From: Bradyrhizobiaceae bacterium
Lineage (GTDB): Bacteria; Pseudomonadota; Alphaproteobacteria; Rhizobiales; Xanthobacteraceae
Assembly: GCA_003963145.1 (NCBI GenBank)
Contig: RXJJ01000001.1
Location: 217,358 to 281,357, forward strand
Direction of reading: 5' to 3'
Length of the DNA stretch: 64,000 nt
The notes under the pieces are model-generated. The model was not told the DNA's origin. It made no database searches and worked only from the letters and a program-made list of their open reading frames with translations. Positions 11,389-22,538 of this stretch are shown here, one piece after another. Made by a program: the position numbers and the translations under genes. Positions within the stretch are counted from its first letter, which is position 1. The number at the start of each line of letters is the position of its first letter.

Positions 11389-11668
11389 AAGCATTATACG
11401 CTCACGCAACATACGCTTTACACACACGCGGTCTCCTCGCACGTTCGGTGCAATTCAACCATTTTTGGTAATATCGAATTAAAGTTGCCGGGGCGTTAAT
11501 CGCGCGTGGCGCGCATGTCGCACGCAATCGCCGTGCGGTTTTCAAGGGAGCACGCAAAAGCCTTGGTAAATGGGCGCTTCCGAAGAGTGGTAAACAGCGC
11601 GTCAATAAAGATGATGAATCGCGCGGCACGGTGACGCTGCAGGAATTGCAGCGCGTAATCGATTTCAA

Positions 11669-11777
11669 TGTCGTCCCCGCGCAGGCGGGGACCATTTGCA
11701 AAAAACAAAAGAAAAGCCCGCATCGAGAATGATGCGGGCGTTGACGGGTCTGGGTTCCCGCCTGCGCGGAGACGACA
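11669..11777. repeat. REP-like dimer (TGTCGTCCCCGCGCAGGCGGGGACCA family) enclosing a terminator hairpin
   Basis: Left arm 11669-11695 and inverted right arm 11751-11777; same family as 35620-35719. Confidence 0.8.
11696..11742 (-). terminator. Intrinsic terminator downstream of ppdK
   Basis: Stem GCCCGCATC/GATGCGGGC followed on the minus strand by TTTTCTTTTGTTTTT. Confidence 0.7.
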
Positions 11778-11808
11778 GGCCTTATTTTTCTTTCTTGCGT
11801 TGGTCTGC

Positions 11809-14667
<2,859 letters not shown>

Positions 14668-14798
14668 GACTTCCGATTGCTGCAGGTGGGGGGGTGGAAA
14701 GCTGGCGGTTTACACCACGGTTCAAAGCCCTCGCGCAAGGGCGCGAGGGCAGTATCAGCCGGGATAGCTATGAACTTTTGGCTAGGCGAACAGAGGGC

Positions 14799-14942
14799 CT
14801 ACTTGATCAGGCCAAGGCCCATCACGCCGACCAGGATCAGATAGATCGCAACGATGAAATTCAACAGGCGCGGGATCAGCAGAATCAGGATGCCGGCGAT
14901 CAGCGCGACGATCGGCTGAAGGTGGGCGACAGTGAGGGTCAT
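14799..14942 (-). CDS. Small membrane protein (DUF3096-like)
   Basis: MTLTVAHLQPIVALIAGILILLIPRLLNFIVAIYLILVGVMGLGLIK, two hydrophobic helices; GGAG RBS. Confidence 0.75.
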   Translation of the reverse strand: MTLTVAHLQPIVALIAGILILLIPRLLNFIVAIYLILVGVMGLGLIK

Positions 14943-15177
14943 CGAATATCTCCGGAAAGGTGAAAACAAAAACGGCGACAGGATTATCACGGCAAACCGC
15001 CGCGCCCGCCGCAGGACGGGACGATAAGAGACGATTGTGAAGGCGGTTTTGTTCCCGCGCGGCATGAAAATGCCGCAATGAAGCCCCGCTTGGCGCAGGA
15101 ACGATGATTTCCGGCATGGATTGTCAACGCGATTGTCCGGCGTGAGCGCGTCGGGCGTAGTCATGCAGGAGAACGCT

Positions 15178-15546
15178 ATGAATTATTCTATGCGTAAATC
15201 AGCCTTTGCATTCATTTTACTGGCTGGCGCCGCCTTGCCGACCGTGGCCAGCGCACAGGCCGTGATCGTGGAGGATCGTGGCGTCACGACAGGGCTGGCG
15301 CCGGATGACATCGGCATCGCCGACGATCTGCGTCCGCGCTTCCGTGAATATGTGGTTCAGGAAAATGTGCCCGACTACGATATTCCGGGCCGCATCGTGG
15401 TGGGCACCACGCTGCCGGAGACCGGCGTGACCTATTACGATGTGCCTCAGCGTTTCGGTGCGAATCGCTATCGCTACAGCCGGGTCAACGGCCAGTACAT
15501 TCTGGTCGAACCGCGCACCCGGCGGGTGGTCCAGGTGATCGAGTAG
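15178..15546 (+). CDS. Secreted protein (DUF1236-like)
   Basis: Signal peptide, then VGTTLPETGVTYYDVP...YRY...ILVEPRTRRVVQVIE; CAGGAG RBS. Confidence 0.75.
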   Translation: MNYSMRKSAFAFILLAGAALPTVASAQAVIVEDRGVTTGLAPDDIGIADDLRPRFREYVVQENVPDYDIPGRIVVGTTLPETGVTYYDVPQRFGANRYRYSRVNGQYILVEPRTRRVVQVIE

Positions 15547-15582
15547 TCTGGATTCAAGAGGCCATCGAGGCCCCCAAAAGGC

Positions 15583-15612
15583 AAAGCCCCGCTCGTAAAA
15601 GCGGGGCTTTTA
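15583..15612. terminator. Bidirectional intrinsic terminator
   Basis: AAAGCCCCGCT-cgtaaa-AGCGGGGCTTT between convergent genes. Confidence 0.8.
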
Positions 15613-15679
15613 TATCCACGCCCCTGTGGCTATCAGAACGGCGCAGATAAGCCGCTTAGACCCGAAGCCGAAACAAAGA

Positions 15680-18073
15680 TCAATCCTGAATTTTGGAGAA
15701 ATCGGCAACTAAACGGGTAGCGTTGCGGATTTCACTCAGTAGGCAAAGGCGGTTTTCCCTCACCTTCGGGTCGTCATCGTTGACCTTCACCTTGTCGAAA
15801 AAGGCGTCCACGGCGGGGCGCAGCTTCGCCATCGCGCTCATGGCGGCGGCGAAGTCCTCCTTGGCCACGGCGGCGCCCGCTTCGGCCTTCGCCTGATCGA
15901 TGGCGACGGCGAGCTTTTTCTCTTCATCGAGTTTGTAGAGCTTGGCGTCCGGCGCGCCGCCATAGCTGCGCTTGTCCTTCTTCTCCTCGATGGAGAGGAT
16001 GTTGGACGCGCGCTTGGTGCCCGCCAGAAGGTTCTTGCCGTCATCGGTATCGAGGAATTTGCCGAGCGCGTCGACCCGGCGGACAACCATCAGAAGGTCG
16101 TCCTGCCCCTCAAGAGCAAACACCGCGTCCACCAGATCGTGCCGCGCGCCCTGATCGCGGAGCTGGACTTTGAGGCGGTCGGCGAAGAAGGGCAGCAAAT
16201 CTCTTACCACTTCATAGCGTTTCGCAAAGGGCGTCATCGTTAGCTCGCCGGGTGCCATTGCCCACGCTTTGCCACTTGTCCAAGCCTTCGTAATAACTCT
16301 GTATTTGCGCTCAGGGTCCGATTCCGTTTCATCCGTGATCCGAGGACTTGCCTCAGACTTAAAGCCGGCATCACCAAGCCGTTCAGTTTTTTCTGCACCA
16401 AATCTCAGGGTGCCGACCCAAATCTCGATGTAATTTTCATAAGCAAACTCAACTATGCGTCGCAGCTTGAACTCCATGCTGTTATCAAGAATGATCCTAA
16501 TCACACCCAGCGCCGCACGCCTCAGCGCAAACGGGTCCTTCGATCCTGTCGGCTTCTCGTTGATCGCCCAGAATCCTACCAGCGTGTCGATCTTGTCCGC
16601 GAGCGCGACCGCAATCGCGACCGGATCGGTCGGCACGCGGTCGTTCGGACCCTGCGGCTTGTAGTGATCCTCGATCGCCTGCGCGACGCTGGCATCCTCG
16701 CCCTGCGCCAGCGCGTAGTATTTGCCCATCAGGCCCTGCACCTCGGGAAATTCGCCGACCACTTCGGTGAGCAGATCGGCCTTGGCGAGCTTCGCCGCAC
16801 GCTTCGTCTTTTCAACGTCGGCGCCCACAAGCGGCGCGATCTCGGCGGCGAGCCGCTCGATGCGCGCGATCCGCTCGGCCTGCGTGCCGAGCTTTTCGTG
16901 GAACACGATGTTCTCGAATTTCGGCAGCCGGTCTTCGAGCCTTGTCTTGAGGTCCGTCTCGTAGAAGAACTTCGCGTCGCTCAGTCGCGCGCGGATCACC
17001 CGCTCGTTGCCCGCGATAATCGCCTTCCCGCCGTCGCTCGCCTCGATGTTCGAGGTGAGGATGAAGCGATTGGCGAGCTGATCTCCGCTCCCCCCGCCTG
17101 CGGCGGGGAGGGGTCGGGGGTGGGGGGAAGCCGCGGCGAGCGAGGAAGCGCCCCCCACCCTTGATCCCTCCCCACCACTATCGTGGGGGGAGGGAAACTT
17201 CACCACGAAGCATTTCTGGTTGTTGCGGATGGTGGCGCGGATCACCTCGCCCGGGATTTTCAGAAAGCTCTCGTCGAACGAGCCCATCAGCACCACCGGC
17301 CATTCGACAAGGCCCGCAACCTCGTCGAGCAGCCCTTCGTCCTCGACCAGTTCATAGCCCTGCGCGAAGGCGAGGTTTCTCGCCTCGGTGAGGATGATGT
17401 CCTTGCGGCGCTGTGGATCGAGCACGACCTTCGCCGCTTCCAGCTTCGAGACATAATCGTCGAACCGGCGCACCGAGAACTCGCCGGGCGACATGAAACG
17501 ATGCCCGCGCGTGGTCTGGCCGACTGCGACGCCCGGCATCTCGAATTTGACGATGTCGGGGTCTTCGGTCTCAAGCCCGAAGGTCGCGATGATCGAATGC
17601 AGCGGCCGCACCCAGGTCAGCGCGCCGTGACGCGCCGAGAGTTCGCCCCAGCGCATCTGCTTCGGCCACGGAAAGGTGCGCACGACAAGCGGCAGGATGT
17701 CCGCGATGACGTCGATGGCGGGACGGCCCGGCTTTTCGATCAGCGCGATGTAGAAATCGCCTTTCGGGTCCTTCTGGATTTTCGCTTCGTCCAGAGACTT
17801 CAGCCCGGCGGCTTTCAGGAATCCTTGAATGGCCGCGTCCGCGCCGCCAACCTTCGGACCCTTGCGTTCCTGCTTGAGATCGGGCTGGCGCGCGGGAATG
17901 CCGTGCACCGTCAGCGCAAGGCGGCGCGGCGTCACGAACGCCTTCGCGCCTTCATAGACGAGGCCCTCGGCGACGAGCTTGTCGGTGACCATCTTGCGCA
18001 GATCGTCCGCCGCCTTCGCCTGCATGCGCGCGGGAATTTCCTCGGAGAACAGTTCGAGCAGAAGATCTGGCAT
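15680..18073 (-). CDS. glyS: Glycine--tRNA ligase beta subunit carrying two in-frame inserts
   Basis: [64 protein letters not shown]; uninterrupted frame. Confidence 0.95.
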   Translation of the reverse strand: MPDLLLELFSEEIPARMQAKAADDLRKMVTDKLVAEGLVYEGAKAFVTPRRLALTVHGIPARQPDLKQERKGPKVGGADAAIQGFLKAAGLKSLDEAKIQKDPKGDFYIALIEKPGRPAIDVIADILPLVVRTFPWPKQMRWGELSARHGALTWVRPLHSIIATFGLETEDPDIVKFEMPGVAVGQTTRGHRFMSPGEFSVRRFDDYVSKLEAAKVVLDPQRRKDIILTEARNLAFAQGYELVEDEGLLDEVAGLVEWPVVLMGSFDESFLKIPGEVIRATIRNNQKCFVVKFPSPHDSGGEGSRVGGASSLAAASPHPRPLPAAGGGSGDQLANRFILTSNIEASDGGKAIIAGNERVIRARLSDAKFFYETDLKTRLEDRLPKFENIVFHEKLGTQAERIARIERLAAEIAPLVGADVEKTKRAAKLAKADLLTEVVGEFPEVQGLMGKYYALAQGEDASVAQAIEDHYKPQGPNDRVPTDPVAIAVALADKIDTLVGFWAINEKPTGSKDPFALRRAALGVIRIILDNSMEFKLRRIVEFAYENYIEIWVGTLRFGAEKTERLGDAGFKSEASPRITDETESDPERKYRVITKAWTSGKAWAMAPGELTMTPFAKRYEVVRDLLPFFADRLKVQLRDQGARHDLVDAVFALEGQDDLLMVVRRVDALGKFLDTDDGKNLLAGTKRASNILSIEEKKDKRSYGGAPDAKLYKLDEEKKLAVAIDQAKAEAGAAVAKEDFAAAMSAMAKLRPAVDAFFDKVKVNDDDPKVRENRLCLLSEIRNATRLVADFSKIQD
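17088..17195. repeat. Palindromic repeat element inserted in frame in glyS
   Basis: Two inverted arms around a 23-bp spacer; 17103-17127 is identical to 18162-18186 of the DUF559 unit. Confidence 0.85.
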
Positions 18074-18078
18074 TGGTT

Positions 18079-18516
18079 TTACTCCCCTCCCCGCACGGCG
18101 TCACCCTCCCCTTGAGGGGGAGGGTCGCCTGCCGAAGGCAGGCGCGCTTCCCCTCCCCCTTGCGGGGAGGGGTCGGGGGTGGGGGGCAACGCAGATTGAA
18201 TAGCTGCCAGCACGCCGTCGATATTGCTCAGCACATCATGATTCCAGAAACGCAAAACCCGGTATCCTCTTTCTTCGATGCGCCGGGTCCGATCCAAATC
18301 CGCCGCGTTGTCCGAATGCTGGCCGCCATCCAGTTCGATGACGAGTCCGGCGCGCAGGCTGGCAAAATCGACGACGAAAGCACCGATCACGGCCTGACGC
18401 CGGAAGTGCGAACCGCTCAGAACGATGTCGTGTCGAAGCCGATGCCACAACGTCCGCTCGGCATCGGTCGGCTGTGCACGCATCCGGCGGGCAAAATCTT
18501 GCAGATGATCGTCCAT
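18079..18516 (-). CDS. DUF559 / Vsr-like endonuclease domain protein
   Basis: [56 protein letters not shown]; the C-terminus is read through the repeat. Confidence 0.88.
   Translation of the reverse strand: MDDHLQDFARRMRAQPTDAERTLWHRLRHDIVLSGSHFRRQAVIGAFVVDFASLRAGLVIELDGGQHSDNAADLDRTRRIEERGYRVLRFWNHDVLSNIDGVLAAIQSALPPTPDPSPQGGGEARLPSAGDPPPQGEGDAVRGGE
18103..18144. repeat. Two extra hairpins next to the DUF559 unit
   Basis: ACCCTCCCC-TTGAG-GGGGAGGGT (18103-18125) and CGCCTGCC-GAA-GGCAGGCG (18126-18144). Confidence 0.7.
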
Positions 18517-18590
18517 GGCTGACGATTGAAACACACAGTCTATCGGCTGTGGACCCCCACCCCCGACCCCTCCCCGCAAGGGGGAGGGGA
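18149..18590. mobile_element. Putative mobile unit: DUF559 nuclease gene within perfect 37-bp terminal inverted repeats
   Basis: 18149-18185 TCCCCTCCCCCTTGCGGGGAGGGGTCGGGGGTGGGGG is the exact reverse complement of 18554-18590; mobility itself is inferred. Confidence 0.7.
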
Positions 18591-18629
18591 GATGCGGCTG
18601 ATTTTCCAAAATCATCGGACGCAAAGTCC

Positions 18630-19577
18630 TTACTCCGCCCGTCCCGCTTCGGTGTGCACCCATGCCTCGCCGCAGGCTTTCGCCAGTTCGCGCACGCGCA
18701 GGATATAGCTCTGCCGCTCGGTGACGGAGACCACGCCGCGCGCGTCGAGCAGGTTGAACACGTGGCTGGCCTTGATGCACTGGTCGTAGGCCGGCAGCGC
18801 CATCAGATGGCGCTCCTTCTTGCCGGGTTCTTTTTCGTTTTTTTGCCATCCCGCGGCGAGATAGTCGTTGCACGCCTTCTCGGCCATCCTGAACTGCTCG
18901 AACAGCATCGCGGTGTCGGAATATTCGAAATTGTGCCGCGAATATTCCTGCTCGGCCTGCAGGAACACGTCGCCATAGGTCACCTTCTCGGCGCCCTCGC
19001 GGCCGTTGAAATTGAGATCGTAAACACGGTCGACGCCCTGCACGTACATCGCGAGACGCTCGAGACCGTAAGTCAGTTCGCCCGACACCGGCGCGCATTC
19101 GACGCCCGCGACCTGCTGGAAGTAGGTGAACTGCGACACTTCCATGCCGTCGCACCAGCACTCCCATCCCAGACCCCACGCGCCGAGCGTCGGGCTTTCC
19201 CAGTCGTCCTCGACAAAGCGCACGTCATGCAGCGCGAGGTCGACGCCGATGGCTTTCAGCGAATTCAGATAAAGGTCCTGGATGTCGGGCGGCGAGGGTT
19301 TGAGGATCACCTGAAACTGATAGTAATGCTGCAGGCGGTTCGGATTCTCGCCATAGCGGCCATCCTTGGGACGGCGCGAGGGCTGCACGTAAGCCGCATT
19401 CCAGCGTTTCGGCCCCAGCGCGCGCAGCGTCGTCGCCGGATGGAATGTGCCCGCCCCCACTTCCATGTCGTAGGGCTGCAGGATCACGCAGCCATAATCG
19501 GCCCAGTAACGCTGCAGCGTCAGGATAAGGCCCTGAAACGATTTTTCGGGCCGCATGTGGCTGGGCAGGGAATCCAT
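18630..19577 (-). CDS. glyQ: Glycine--tRNA ligase alpha subunit
   Basis: [56 protein letters not shown]. Confidence 0.96.
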   Translation of the reverse strand: MDSLPSHMRPEKSFQGLILTLQRYWADYGCVILQPYDMEVGAGTFHPATTLRALGPKRWNAAYVQPSRRPKDGRYGENPNRLQHYYQFQVILKPSPPDIQDLYLNSLKAIGVDLALHDVRFVEDDWESPTLGAWGLGWECWCDGMEVSQFTYFQQVAGVECAPVSGELTYGLERLAMYVQGVDRVYDLNFNGREGAEKVTYGDVFLQAEQEYSRHNFEYSDTAMLFEQFRMAEKACNDYLAAGWQKNEKEPGKKERHLMALPAYDQCIKASHVFNLLDARGVVSVTERQSYILRVRELAKACGEAWVHTEAGRAE

Positions 19578-19847
19578 GATGTTTTTCGATGTGCCGGGGT
19601 CGGATTTGCCGGGACCGTATCGGTGCGGTCCCTCAATATCAAGACACGTCAACCATCGCGAGCCGCGTAAACCATCAATTCCAACGCCCTGTTAACCGCA
19701 GTTTCATCGCCGATCAAATGCAACCGATTCCGTTAGGAACTGCGCTGCTATGCCGGACTGATCGAACGAGAAGACCGGCATCAAGCCGGCCCGCCCTTTT
19801 CGTCCGCTGCGCGTGGGGCGCCGGACACGGATCAGAAAGGCCGGACC

Positions 19848-19934
19848 ATGTACATGTTTGAAATCATCGGCGCGGGCTTTGTCGCGTTGTCGCTCCTCGC
19901 GCTGGTGCGCAACGACGTCAAGATTTCGCGCTGA
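19848..19934 (+). CDS. Putative 28-aa single-pass membrane peptide
   Basis: MYMFEIIGAGFVALSLLALVRNDVKISR; AGAAAGG 7 nt upstream; shorter than any ORF in the track. Confidence 0.45.
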   Translation: MYMFEIIGAGFVALSLLALVRNDVKISR

Positions 19935-19994
19935 GCGCATCGCCTCTTTTGCAAACGACCGCCGGCTCGTGACGAAAACCGTCCCGGGCCGGTT

Positions 19995-20180
19995 TCAATT
20001 CGGCCGGTAGGTGCCGGTTTGCGGATCGCGGTGCAGCCTTTGCATCCCGTCCTTATCGAAGTCGCGGCTCTTGCGCGTTTCGTCCAGTTCACGGTTGATC
20101 CGCCGCGCTTCCCTTGCCGCCAGCCGCAGCAACGCGGCGCCGCCGACGATCCCCGCCACGATCAGAACGAATGGAGGCAT
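19995..20180 (-). CDS. Small hypothetical membrane-anchored protein
   Basis: Hydrophobic N-terminus, C-terminal RDPQTGTYRP; follows the S49 peptidase. Confidence 0.65.
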   Translation of the reverse strand: MPPFVLIVAGIVGGAALLRLAAREARRINRELDETRKSRDFDKDGMQRLHRDPQTGTYRPN

Positions 20181-20220
20181 GGCCGTGTTCTCCGCTTGCC
20201 TGTTTGCGCGCTGTCCATCA

Positions 20221-21108
20221 TCAAAGTCCGTAACGCGCCCATATCGCGCGTGTTTCGAGCGCCGAGATCAGATCGTCGGCGAATCCGGCGCTGCCGATCA
20301 TCGCGCCGGCCCCGGGCTTGCGGCCCGCGAGATTGGACAGCAGGCCGGCTGCCGGGGCAATCACGGGCATGCGGACCTTTTCGCCATAGCGCGCGCGCAG
20401 GATTGTACGCAGATCGCCGAGGGCGTCGGCGAGGCCGAGCTTCACCGCCCGCTCACCGGCCCAGTATTCACCCGTGAACAGATAATCCTCCTCGCCCTTG
20501 AGGCGCGTCCCGCGGCTTTTTTTCACCAATGCGATGAAGCCGTCATGGATGGCACGCTGGATCGCCTTCAGCCGCGCGACGTCATCGGGATTTTCGGGCA
20601 GGAACGGATCGAGCTGCGACTTGTTCTCGCCCGAAGTATAGACCCGCCGCTCGATGCCGACCTTCTTGATGAGTTCGGTGAAGCCGAAGGTGCCGCCGAC
20701 GACGCCGATCGAGCCGACGATGGAGGACGGATCGCAAAAAATCTCGTCGCCCGCGCAGGCGATCATGTAGCCGCCGGACGCCGCGACATCCTCCACGAAC
20801 ACCAGAACCGGAATCTTCTTTTCCGCCGCGAGCTGGCGGATGCGCGAATAAATCTGGTGCGATTGCACGGGCGAGCCGCCCGGCGAATTGATCACCAGCG
20901 CCACCGCCTTCGCGCTCCTGGTGGCGAAGGCGCGCTCAAGGGTTTTGGAGACCCCCGCCAAGGACAGTCCGGGCCGCAGCGGAGTCACCGCGCCGATCGT
21001 GCCCGACAGCCGCACCACCGGCACCACCGCCCCGCCGCGCCAGCGCGGCGGCAAAAGGCTCCTCAGCCGCCCGATCAAGCCCTTGTTATCGCCGTCGTCA
21101 TCCGTCAT
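20221..21108 (-). CDS. S49 family peptidase (SppA-like)
   Basis: INSPGGSPVQS, DVAASGGYMIA, SIVGSIGV. Confidence 0.9.
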   Translation of the reverse strand: MTDDDGDNKGLIGRLRSLLPPRWRGGAVVPVVRLSGTIGAVTPLRPGLSLAGVSKTLERAFATRSAKAVALVINSPGGSPVQSHQIYSRIRQLAAEKKIPVLVFVEDVAASGGYMIACAGDEIFCDPSSIVGSIGVVGGTFGFTELIKKVGIERRVYTSGENKSQLDPFLPENPDDVARLKAIQRAIHDGFIALVKKSRGTRLKGEEDYLFTGEYWAGERAVKLGLADALGDLRTILRARYGEKVRMPVIAPAAGLLSNLAGRKPGAGAMIGSAGFADDLISALETRAIWARYGL

Positions 21109-21223
21109 CGGAACGTCCTTCACACTAACTCTTTATTAGCCAACGGGTGCCATCTCATTGGATGGTACGTGTCTTGCTTTGCAGCATGGTGAGGCTGCAA
21201 TGGCGCAGCCGGAAGGGTGGAAA

Positions 21224-21322
21224 ATGAAGATTTATCTCCTGATGCTGCTGATTGGAGCCCTTTTTACGGCCATCCGCTTTACCTCGGTCCCCGAAACGAA
21301 GCCGCAGCGGCTTCCTCAATAA
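21224..21322 (+). CDS. Putative 32-aa membrane peptide
   Basis: MKIYLLMLLIGALFTAIRFTSVPETKPQRLPQ; purine-rich leader; fills an intergenic gap. Confidence 0.5.
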   Translation: MKIYLLMLLIGALFTAIRFTSVPETKPQRLPQ

Positions 21323-21337
21323 GCACCTGATACCTTT

Positions 21338-22108
21338 TTAGGCCTCCGTTCCGGTCCTCACACCCGACCGGCCGGCCAGAATCAGCCCCGTCCGCGCCGT
21401 CGGTTGCCCGGTGTCATCGTTAAGCACCAAAGGCGGGAAAAGCTCCATTGGCGCGCGGCTTCCCTTGCTGGCGGTGACCAGCACCCGGATCGCGGCCGAA
21501 TCGGGCCCGGGATGCACCGGCACCACGCCCACGCCGCCGAATCCCTTCTCCAGCGCGGCCAGAACTTCGCCAAGCCCCTCGGCGCGCCAGATCAGGGTCA
21601 GACCACCGCCGGGCCTGAGAATACGCCGCGCGGCGTGAACCCACCGCGCGAGCGTCTCTCCCTGATCCACATGCGCCGCCGCCCGGCCCGCGTCGGGCGA
21701 GGTCTGATGACGGGACGCCGGGTTGAAGGGCGGGTTCATCAGCACCGCGTCCACGCTGTCCGGGGGCAGCCCAGCCTCCGCAAAAATCACGGCCTGAGCC
21801 GTGACATCGAGCACGACGGCATTCGCCGCAATTGCATTCAAAGCCGCATTGTCGCGCGCGAGCGCCGCCAGCGCCTCGTCGATCTCGACCAACACCAGAT
21901 CGAGACCGCGAATGCGCGTTGCAAGCGCCAGACCCGCGGCGCCGGCCCCCGCGCCGAACTCCACCACGCGTTCGCCCGCTCGCGCGCGCACCGCTGCGGC
22001 AAGCAGGATGGCGTCATGTCCCGCGCGATGGCCGCGTTTCGGCTGGCGCAGACGAAGCGCGCCGTCCAGAAAACCATCCTCGGTCAGGTCATGCGGCGAA
22101 AACGGCAT
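21338..22108 (-). CDS. SAM-dependent methyltransferase (tRNA1(Val) A37 N6-methyltransferase type)
   Basis: GHRAGHDAILLAAA, EFGAGAGAAG, VLMNPPF. Confidence 0.8.
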   Translation of the reverse strand: MPFSPHDLTEDGFLDGALRLRQPKRGHRAGHDAILLAAAVRARAGERVVEFGAGAGAAGLALATRIRGLDLVLVEIDEALAALARDNAALNAIAANAVVLDVTAQAVIFAEAGLPPDSVDAVLMNPPFNPASRHQTSPDAGRAAAHVDQGETLARWVHAARRILRPGGGLTLIWRAEGLGEVLAALEKGFGGVGVVPVHPGPDSAAIRVLVTASKGSRAPMELFPPLVLNDDTGQPTARTGLILAGRSGVRTGTEA

Positions 22109-22115
22109 CACGCTG

Positions 22116-22343
22116 CTATGTATCGTCACGCAACTCATGGCCGAGCCCGGCCTCGGTCAACAGACGCCGCGCGGCAAGATTGTCGTCGTCATGAACCAGA
22201 ATGCGGCGGGGAATGATGCCGAGCGAGCCTTCGACAATGCTCATATTGTTGTCGAGCAGGACATGCTCGATGTTCGCGCCGTCGAGCAGCGCGCCCACGG
22301 CCGAAACCAGAACCATGTCGTTGGTCCGCAGCAACTCGCGCAA
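22116..22343 (-). CDS. DUF2007-like small protein
   Basis: RELLRTNDMVLVS...SIVEGSLGIIPRRILV; TTG start behind GGAG. Confidence 0.75.
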   Translation of the reverse strand: MRELLRTNDMVLVSAVGALLDGANIEHVLLDNNMSIVEGSLGIIPRRILVHDDDNLAARRLLTEAGLGHELRDDT

Positions 22344-22538
22344 TGACCCGCTCCCTTTATGATTCACCACATTGCAGATCAGCAGATGGCGGCCAGCGCG
22401 GCCTGCGGCAAGACCGGGTCTTTGTGCCCGTGCCGCACTTGCCGTGCGCCGCCGCAGTTTCTATTGTCGATTATAGTTTCAATGTGCAGCCCAGTAAGCG
22501 CTGCGAGGCGTAACAAATGCCGGATACAGGACATTAGC

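Noticed and set aside
11443-11668. TTAA half-sites upstream of the cell wall hydrolase as CtrA boxes
   Set aside because: The spacing does not fit TTAA-N7-TTAA.
17088-18590. Repeat cluster as a CRISPR array
   Set aside because: Repeats are inverted, irregularly spaced and lack unique spacers; there are no cas genes.
18140-18600. Target-site duplication around the DUF559 unit
   Set aside because: The flanks (GGCGCGCT on the left, GATGCGG on the right) show no direct repeat, so a classical DDE-type IS call is not supported.
18079-19179. 366-aa track ORF suggesting a long DUF559 fusion protein
   Set aside because: The upstream part overlaps glyQ out of frame and crosses the repeat arm. Only 18079-18516 looks like a real protein.
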